Below, one piece after another: positions 58,293-64,000 of a stretch of DNA of 64,000 nucleotides. The stretch is from Xanthobacteraceae bacterium (GTDB taxonomy: Bacteria > Pseudomonadota > Alphaproteobacteria > Rhizobiales > Xanthobacteraceae): positions 88,902 through 152,901 of the forward strand of contig JAYRVF010000012.1 in assembly GCA_041918675.1 (NCBI GenBank), read 5' to 3'. The notes under the pieces are model-generated. The model was not told the DNA's origin, did not search any database, and saw nothing but the letters and a program-made list of their open reading frames with translations. Within the stretch, counting starts at the first letter, position 1; each line of letters starts with the position of its first letter. The position numbers and the translations under genes are program-made.

Positions 58293-59654
58293 ATGAAGTT
58301 GAGCCGCCGAAAGTTCCTGTCTTCCTCGCTCGCGGTCGCGGTGACGCCGGCGTTCGCCGCCGCGCCGCAGCGCGAAGCGGACGTGATCGTCGTCGGCGCG
58401 GGCGTCGCCGGCATCGCGGCGGCGCGCCGGATCGTCGCGGCCAATCGCAAGGTCCTGATCGTGGAGGCGGCCGCGACCATCGGCGGGCGCTGCGTCACCG
58501 ATACCTCGACCTTCGCCTCGCCCTTCGATCGCGGCGCGCACGCGCTGCATGATCCCGAATCAAATCCGCTGGCGAAGTTGGCGCGACCGGCGGGCTTCGA
58601 CGTCTATCTCGCGCCGCATGGCCAGAAGATACGCGTCGGCCGCCGCTTCGCGCGCGCCGGCGAGATGGAGGATTATCTCGCCACCATCGTGCGCGCGACG
58701 AACGCGATCGACGACGCGGCGCGCGGCAAGGCCGATGTCGCCTGCGCCGGCGCGCTGCCGCGCGATCTCGGCGAATGGGGACCGACGGCCGAGTTCATGC
58801 TCGGGCCATTTCTGAGCGGCAAGGACCTGAAGGAAATGTCGGCGGTCGACTTCGCGCGCGCGGCGCGCCGCGCGCAGATCGCGTTCTGTCGCCAGGGCGT
58901 CGGCGCGCTGCTCGCGCGTCTGGCCGCCGGACTGCCGATCGTCTTGGCGACGCCGGTAAGCCGCGTGGCGTGGACGAACCGCGCCGCGCAGGTGGAAACG
59001 CCGGCCGGCCGCATCGACGGCAAGGCCGTGATCGTGACCGCCTCGACCAATGTGCTCGCGTCGGGCGCGCTGAAGTTCAGCCCCGATCTGCCGCGCCGCC
59101 ATCTCGAGGCGATCAACAAGCTCGGCCTGGGGAGCCGCGAGCGCATCGCGCTCGAACTCTCCGGCAATCCGCTCGGGCTGCAGAACGACGATTTCATCGT
59201 CGAGAAGTCGACCGGCGCGGAGACCGGCGTGCTGTTCGGCAATGTCGGCGGCTCCTCGCTTTGCGTCGTCGAGATCGCGGGCGGGTTCGGGCGCGATCTG
59301 TCGGCCAGCGGCGAGGCGGCGATGACGGCGTTCGCGATCGAATGGCTGACGCGCATGTTCGGCGGCGAAGTCGGCAAGGCCGTGACGCGATCGAGCGCGA
59401 CGCGGTGGGACGGCGCGCCTTACGTGCGGGGCGGCGCGTCGGTCGCCGCGCCCGGCGCGCAGCCGTCGCGAAAGATCCTGAGCGAGCCCGTGGGCGCGGT
59501 CCAGTTCGCTGGCGAGGCCGCGCACGAAACGTCATGGGGAACGGTCGCGGGAGCCTGGCAATCGGGCGAAAGCGCGGCCGACGCGGTGCTCAAACGCCTC
59601 GGCGCGGTGAAAGAGGAGGCCCCCGCCGCGCCCGCGAAGCGCCGGCGCAAATAG
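58293..59654 (+). CDS. Tat-exported FAD-dependent amine oxidase
   Basis: It has the twin-arginine signal SRRKFLSS...AFA, the dinucleotide motif VIVVGAGVAGIAAARR, and a C-terminal flavin amine oxidase pattern (FAGEA). Confidence 0.8.
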   Translation: MKLSRRKFLSSSLAVAVTPAFAAAPQREADVIVVGAGVAGIAAARRIVAANRKVLIVEAAATIGGRCVTDTSTFASPFDRGAHALHDPESNPLAKLARPAGFDVYLAPHGQKIRVGRRFARAGEMEDYLATIVRATNAIDDAARGKADVACAGALPRDLGEWGPTAEFMLGPFLSGKDLKEMSAVDFARAARRAQIAFCRQGVGALLARLAAGLPIVLATPVSRVAWTNRAAQVETPAGRIDGKAVIVTASTNVLASGALKFSPDLPRRHLEAINKLGLGSRERIALELSGNPLGLQNDDFIVEKSTGAETGVLFGNVGGSSLCVVEIAGGFGRDLSASGEAAMTAFAIEWLTRMFGGEVGKAVTRSSATRWDGAPYVRGGASVAAPGAQPSRKILSEPVGAVQFAGEAAHETSWGTVAGAWQSGESAADAVLKRLGAVKEEAPAAPAKRRRK

Positions 59655-59716
59655 CGCGGTCCGGCGATCGCGGCGTCGTTTCGCGGCCGTGACCGCGCGC
59701 GGACAATCGTCGCGGT

Positions 59717-62140
59717 TCAGCCGCGCAGCACGCCGCCGAGTTTCTTGGCCACCTCGGCCACGATCCTTGCCGCCACCGCTTCGATGTCCTGGTCGGTCAG
59801 CGTCTTGTCGCGCGGCTGCAGCGTCACCGCGATGGCGAGCGACTTCTTGCCGTCGTCGATGCCCTTGCCCTCGTAGAGGTCGAACACGCCGACATTGGTG
59901 ATGAGCTTCTTGTCGATCCCTTGCGCGATGCGCACGAGATCGCCGGCCTTCACCTTGCGGTCGACGATGAAGGCGAAGTCGCGCGTGACCGGCTGGAACG
60001 GCGACAGATCGAGCAGCGGTTTGGCGCGCGTGGGCTTGGGCTTGGCCGCCGGAATGGCGTCGAGCACGACCTCGAAGGCGACGATCGGCCCATCGGCGCC
60101 GAGCGCTTCCAGCACGCGCGGATGCATCTCGCCGAAATGGCCAAGCACGTTTTGCGGGCCGATCTGGATCGTGCCCGAGCGTCCCGGGTGAAGCCAGGAC
60201 GGCCCGCCCGGCACCGTCTGCATCGCCTGCGGAAGGGCGCCGGCCGCGATCAGAACGCCGAGCGCGTCGGCCTTGGCGTCGTAGAGGCTCGCGGCCGCGC
60301 TCGACGTCCAGTGCCGGCCGAGGCCGCCGGCGCAGGCGAGCCCGCGGCGGATACCGCTCGCCGCGATCACCTGGTCTTGCGGGCGGTCGCCCTTGAAGAT
60401 CTGCCCGACCTCGAACAGCGCGACATCGCCGATGCCGCGATCGGCATTGCGCTGGGCCGCCGCGATCAGGCCGGGAACGAGGCTCGGCCGCATGTCGGAG
60501 AGATCCGACGCGATCGGATTGGCGAGCGCGAGCGCCGCCGCGCCGCCGCCGAACAATTCGGCATGCGGCTTGGAGATGAACGACCAGGTGACGGCCTCCA
60601 TCATGCCGCGCGCGGCCGCGGCGCGCCGTGCCCGCCGCGTGCGGTTCTGCATCGGGGTCAGGACCGGCTTGCGCGGCGCCTCGCCGCGATCGAAGGCGGC
60701 GAGCGGCACCCGGTCGACGCCGACGATGCGCACGATCTCCTCGACGAGGTCGGCTTTGCCGTGCACGTCGGCGCGCCATGACGGCACCGCGACCTTCACG
60801 ACCGGCTCCTTGCCCGCGACCATGAAGCCGAGATGGCCGAGCACGCGCCGCATCTCGACGAAGGGAACGTCGATGCCGGCGATGCGCTTGACCTCGTCGA
60901 CCGGGAATTCGATGACGCGGTCCTCGCCGTGGCGGGCGCCGGCGACGATGATTTCCGACGGCGTGCCGCCGCACATGTCCATCACCAGTCTGGTGGCGAG
61001 CTCAAGTCCCGGCACCATGAAGGCCGGATCGACGCCGCGCTCGAAGCGGTAGCGCGCGTCGGAATTGATGCCGAGCCTGCGGCCGGTCTGGGCGATGTTG
61101 AATTCGTTCCACAGCGCCGATTCGATCAGCACGTCGGTGGTCGTCTCCGAGCAGCCCGAAAGCTCGCCGCCCATGATGCCGGCCAGCGATTCCACGCCGG
61201 CGTCGTCGGCGATCACGCAATTCGAATCGTCGAGCGCGTAGGTCCTGCCGTCGAGCGCGAGCAGGCCCTCGCCCTCGCGCCCGCGCCGGACGACAAGGTG
61301 GCCCTTGACCTTGGCCGCGTCGAACACGTGCAGCGGCCGGCCGCGATCGTAGGTCATGTAATTGGTGACATCGACCAGCGCGTTGATGGGCCGCAGCCCG
61401 ATCGCGGTCAGGCGCTTCTGCATCCATTCCGGTGACGGTCCGTTCGTCACGCCGCGCACGAGCCGCAAGGCGAAGCCGGGGCACAGATCGGGCGCTTCGA
61501 CGGCCACCTTCACGGGGCAGGGGAATTCGCCCTTCACCGGCTTGATGGCGGCGTCCTTGAGCTTGCCCATGTCGGCGCTCGCCAGATCGCGCGCGATGCC
61601 GTGCACGCCGGTGCAGTCGGCGCGGTTCGGCGTCAGGTTGATCTCGAACACGGGATCGCCGAGCCTTGCCCAGGCGGCGTAGTTTTCCCCGACCGGCGCG
61701 TCGGCCGGCAAATCGAGAATACCCTCGTGATCGTCGGAGATTTGCAGTTCCGCCGCCGAGCACAGCATGCCGCGGCTCTCGACGCCGCGAATGGTGCCGA
61801 CGCCGAGGGTGATGTCCTTGCCGGGAATGTAGGTGCCGGGGGCGGAGAACACGCTCTTCATGCCGGTGCGCGCGTTCGGCGCGCCGCAGACGACCTGCAC
61901 CGGCGCGACGTTGCCCTCCGCGTCCTTGGCGCCGGTATCGACCATGCACACGCGCAGGCGGTCGGCGTTGGGATGCTGTTCGGCGGAAATCACGCGCGCG
62001 ATGGTGAAGGGCGCGAGCACTTTCGCCTTGTCTTCGAGATGCTCGACCTCGAGCCCGATCATGGTGAGCTTGTCGGCGATCGCGGCAAGCGTCTCGTCGG
62101 TGTCGAGGTGCTCTTTCAGCCAGGAGAGGGTGAATTTCAT
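59717..62140 (-). CDS. pheT: phenylalanine--tRNA ligase beta subunit
   Basis: 807 aa from the ATG at 62140 ([13 protein letters not shown]), with the tRNA-binding, B3/4, B5 and FDX-ACB domains in order. The ORF track extension to 62245 reads through the cassette repeat. Confidence 0.96.
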   Translation of the reverse strand: MKFTLSWLKEHLDTDETLAAIADKLTMIGLEVEHLEDKAKVLAPFTIARVISAEQHPNADRLRVCMVDTGAKDAEGNVAPVQVVCGAPNARTGMKSVFSAPGTYIPGKDITLGVGTIRGVESRGMLCSAAELQISDDHEGILDLPADAPVGENYAAWARLGDPVFEINLTPNRADCTGVHGIARDLASADMGKLKDAAIKPVKGEFPCPVKVAVEAPDLCPGFALRLVRGVTNGPSPEWMQKRLTAIGLRPINALVDVTNYMTYDRGRPLHVFDAAKVKGHLVVRRGREGEGLLALDGRTYALDDSNCVIADDAGVESLAGIMGGELSGCSETTTDVLIESALWNEFNIAQTGRRLGINSDARYRFERGVDPAFMVPGLELATRLVMDMCGGTPSEIIVAGARHGEDRVIEFPVDEVKRIAGIDVPFVEMRRVLGHLGFMVAGKEPVVKVAVPSWRADVHGKADLVEEIVRIVGVDRVPLAAFDRGEAPRKPVLTPMQNRTRRARRAAAARGMMEAVTWSFISKPHAELFGGGAAALALANPIASDLSDMRPSLVPGLIAAAQRNADRGIGDVALFEVGQIFKGDRPQDQVIAASGIRRGLACAGGLGRHWTSSAAASLYDAKADALGVLIAAGALPQAMQTVPGGPSWLHPGRSGTIQIGPQNVLGHFGEMHPRVLEALGADGPIVAFEVVLDAIPAAKPKPTRAKPLLDLSPFQPVTRDFAFIVDRKVKAGDLVRIAQGIDKKLITNVGVFDLYEGKGIDDGKKSLAIAVTLQPRDKTLTDQDIEAVAARIVAEVAKKLGGVLRG

Positions 62141-62141
62141 G

Positions 62142-62591
62142 TCACTGTTCCGGCATGCTCCCTCCCCCGCTTGCGGGGGAGGGTTGGGGAGGGGGAATGG
62201 GTATCGACAAACGCGCGCTTGAGACTTGCGCGGCGATCGTCTCAAGGACGCCGGCGCGGTTCGACATCACATCCAAATTGCTGAATCGAACGGTGCGGAA
62301 ACCTCTTGATGCAAGATAGGCGGACCGCCGCGTGTCGTTTCGCTCGCCTTCGTCGGAATAATGCTGGCCGCCATCGATCTCGACGATGAATTTCGCACTA
62401 GGGCAAATGAAATCAACAATGTAGGGGCCGATCGGCGCCTGCCGGCGAAAATGCGCACCCTGCAAGCGGTGCGCGCGCAGCGCCGACCAGAGGACGCGCT
62501 CCGCGTCGGTCGAAGCACGGCGCAGCATTCGCGCTCGTGAGCGTGCTTTGCGCGGGACGGACCATGTCGGCTTAGCGGCGGCGTGCGGCAT
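62142..62591 (-). CDS. DUF559 (Vsr-like / restriction-endonuclease-fold) domain protein
   Basis: It has the [48 protein letters not shown]...RTVRFSN signature of DUF559. The ATG is at 62591, and the stop lies 1 nt before the pheT ATG. Confidence 0.85.
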   Translation of the reverse strand: MPHAAAKPTWSVPRKARSRARMLRRASTDAERVLWSALRAHRLQGAHFRRQAPIGPYIVDFICPSAKFIVEIDGGQHYSDEGERNDTRRSAYLASRGFRTVRFSNLDVMSNRAGVLETIAAQVSSARLSIPIPPPQPSPASGGGSMPEQ

Positions 62592-62629
62592 CGACCCCCT
62601 CCCTAGCCCTCCCCCACAAGGGGGGAGGG
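62160..62629 (-). mobile_element. putative non-autonomous or homing-type cassette: DUF559 ORF bounded by ~35-nt G/C-rich inverted repeats
   Basis: The left repeat CCCTCCCCCGCTTGCGGGGGAGGGTTGGGGAGGGGG (62160-62195) matches the reverse complement of the right repeat CCCCCTCCCTAGCCCTCCCCCACAAGGGGGGAGGG (62595-62629) at about 30 of 36 positions by hand count. The cassette interrupts the normally contiguous pheS-pheT junction. Confidence 0.55.
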
Positions 62630-62695
62630 AACGGGCCGTGCGCGCGGCGCGTCCGCATCCAATTGATTCTTCAGCCTGGCGAAAGTGAACTTCAT
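62603..62695 (-). pseudogene. relic/duplicate of the pheT 5' end (30-codon [18 protein letters not shown]...) overlapping the pheS stop
   Basis: Its ATG at 62695 overlaps the pheS TGA (ATGA). The first 48 nt match the functional pheT start at 33/48 nt and 9/16 aa by hand alignment. The reading frame then runs into the cassette repeat and stops. Confidence 0.6.
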
Positions 62696-63780
62696 ACCGA
62701 CAGCCCTCCCGCGAGCGTCGGGAAGTCGAGCGGGCGGAAGCCGTAGTGGTTGAGCCAACGCACATCGGCGTCGAAGAAGGCGCGCAGGTCCGGCAGGCCG
62801 TATTTCAGCATCGCGATGCGATCAATGCCGAGGCCCCAGGCGAAGCCCTGATAGACGTCCGGGTCGATGCCGCAATTCCTCAGCACGTTGGGATGCACCA
62901 TGCCGCAGCCGAGAATCTCCAGCCAGTCCTCGCCCTCGCCGAAACGGATTTCGTCCTTCCCCCGCCGGCACTGAATGTCGACCTCGAGCGAAGGCTCGGT
63001 GAAGGGAAAGAATGAGGGGCGGAAGCGCATATTGACGTGGTCGACCTCGAAGAAGGCCTTGCAGAATTCCGCCAGAATCCATTTCAGATGGCCGAGGTGC
63101 GAGCCCTTGTCGATGACGAGGCCCTCGACCTGATGGAACATCGGCGTGTGCGTCTGGTCCGAGTCGCAGCGGTAGGTGCGACCGGGACAGATCACGCGGA
63201 TCGGCGGCTGTTGCGACAACATGGTGCGCACCTGCACCGGCGAGGTATGCGTGCGCAGCAGCAGGCGCGAACCGTCCTCCTTCGGGTTGAAGAAGAAGGT
63301 GTCGTGCATCTCGCGCGCGGGGTGGCCCTCGGGGAAGTTGAGCTTGGTGAAATTGTAGTCGTCGGTCTCGATGTCCGGGCCTTCGGCGATGGCGAAGCCC
63401 ATGTCGGCGAAGATCGCGGTGAGCTCGTCGATGACCTGGGACAGCGGATGAATGCGGCCGGTCTCCGCGCCGCCGTCGCGGACGGGAAGCGTCACATCCA
63501 AGGTTTCGCTCGCCAGCCGCGCGTCGAGCGCGGCGGATTTGAGCGTCTCCTTGCGCGCGGCGAGCGCCGCGCTCACTTCGTCCTTGACCGCGTTGATCGC
63601 GGCGCCGCGAAGCTTGCGCTCGTCCGGCGAGAGCTTGCCGAGCGTCGCCAGCAGCGCCGAAATCGAACCCTTCTTGCCGAGCGCGGCGACGCGCACCGCC
63701 TCCAGCGTCGCCTCGTCGCCGGCGGCGGCGATCTGGGCGAGAAGTTCGGATTGGAGCGTGTCGGTATCGGAGTGAGACAT
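62692..63780 (-). CDS. pheS: phenylalanine--tRNA ligase alpha subunit
   Basis: 362 aa with the class II motifs ([35 protein letters not shown]). Confidence 0.97.
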   Translation of the reverse strand: MSHSDTDTLQSELLAQIAAAGDEATLEAVRVAALGKKGSISALLATLGKLSPDERKLRGAAINAVKDEVSAALAARKETLKSAALDARLASETLDVTLPVRDGGAETGRIHPLSQVIDELTAIFADMGFAIAEGPDIETDDYNFTKLNFPEGHPAREMHDTFFFNPKEDGSRLLLRTHTSPVQVRTMLSQQPPIRVICPGRTYRCDSDQTHTPMFHQVEGLVIDKGSHLGHLKWILAEFCKAFFEVDHVNMRFRPSFFPFTEPSLEVDIQCRRGKDEIRFGEGEDWLEILGCGMVHPNVLRNCGIDPDVYQGFAWGLGIDRIAMLKYGLPDLRAFFDADVRWLNHYGFRPLDFPTLAGGLSV

Positions 63781-63819
63781 GGATTGGTCCGCCAGGTTCG
63801 GATTTACGAATGACCCGTC

Positions 63820-63902
63820 ATGGCCGGACTTGTTCCGGCCATCCCGTTCAGGCGGGCGATACCTGCCCTCCTTAGCGAGATGCCCGGCGCAAGGCCGGGC
63901 AT
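63820..63902. repeat. pair of related 9-bp-stem hairpins (ATGGCCGGA-N5-TCCGGCCAT and ATGCCCGGC-N5-GCCGGGCAT) in the rplT-pheS spacer
   Basis: Two perfect hairpins lie at 63820-63842 and 63880-63902. They resemble the REP-like GC hairpins common in alphaproteobacterial intergenic DNA. Confidence 0.55.
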
Positions 63903-63964
63903 GACCAAAAAGCCCCGTACAAAGCTTGGGTGCGATGGCGGGCCGCGGCGCGGCCCCGACCCGG

Positions 63965-64000
63965 TCAGGCCGCGAGCGCGGTCTTGACCTTGTCGACGAT
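63965..64000 (-). CDS. rplT: 50S ribosomal protein L20, last 11 codons (rest outside window)
   Basis: The frame is open to the window edge and ends ...[11 protein letters not shown]-stop. It lies directly upstream of pheS, as in the conserved infC-rpmI-rplT-pheST cluster. The fragment is too short for independent proof. Confidence 0.45.
   Translation of the reverse strand: MVDKVKTALAA

Overview
This is a GC-rich segment (about two-thirds G+C by eye, not computed) of an alphaproteobacterial chromosome, probably Hyphomicrobiales/Rhizobiales-like. The gene order matches the replication-origin neighbourhood known from Caulobacter and relatives. In order: leuS-lptE-holA; parB-parA-rsmG-mnmG-mnmE with three parS sites; a DUF255 thioredoxin-like gene and a GNAT gene; rho-hemJ-hemE; an AT-rich 370-bp gap (candidate oriC); DUF299 kinase-maf-coaE-dnaQ; secB; tim44-like-mltA-smr; hslVU; hisB-DUF2628-hisH-hisA-hisF-hisE-coaA; a hybrid histidine kinase; yifB, gshB, yraN, rsmI; an lpoA-like gene; hemW, rdgB, rph; hrcA, an NmrA/HxlR pair, grpE, two glycosyltransferases and a secreted unknown, then dnaK-dnaJ-pmtA-like; an FMN reductase, pyrF, dapB, gpmA; an AraC-Ogt fusion; nth; an EI24-like gene, a YiiX-like gene, a Tat-signal amine oxidase; pheT, a DUF559 cassette, pheS, and the rplT 3' end. 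I support about 60 CDS. I saw no rRNA, tRNA, CRISPR array, transposase or integrase. Product calls rest on motifs and synteny recognised by eye, with no searches run. Start codons were chosen from the ORF track, which also uses GTG/TTG starts, plus homolog N-termini from memory. Most of the window is housekeeping, and I do not see a canonical defence island or a clearly new multi-gene system. The most unusual items are: (1) a DUF559 endonuclease cassette with inverted repeats inserted between pheS and pheT, with a fossil copy of the pheT start left at the pheS stop; (2) families of long two-hairpin repeats inside the parAB and dnaKJ operons; (3) the candidate oriC and parS sites; and (4) a GT17/GT2/secreted-protein insert inside a compacted hrcA-grpE-dnaKJ heat-shock region.
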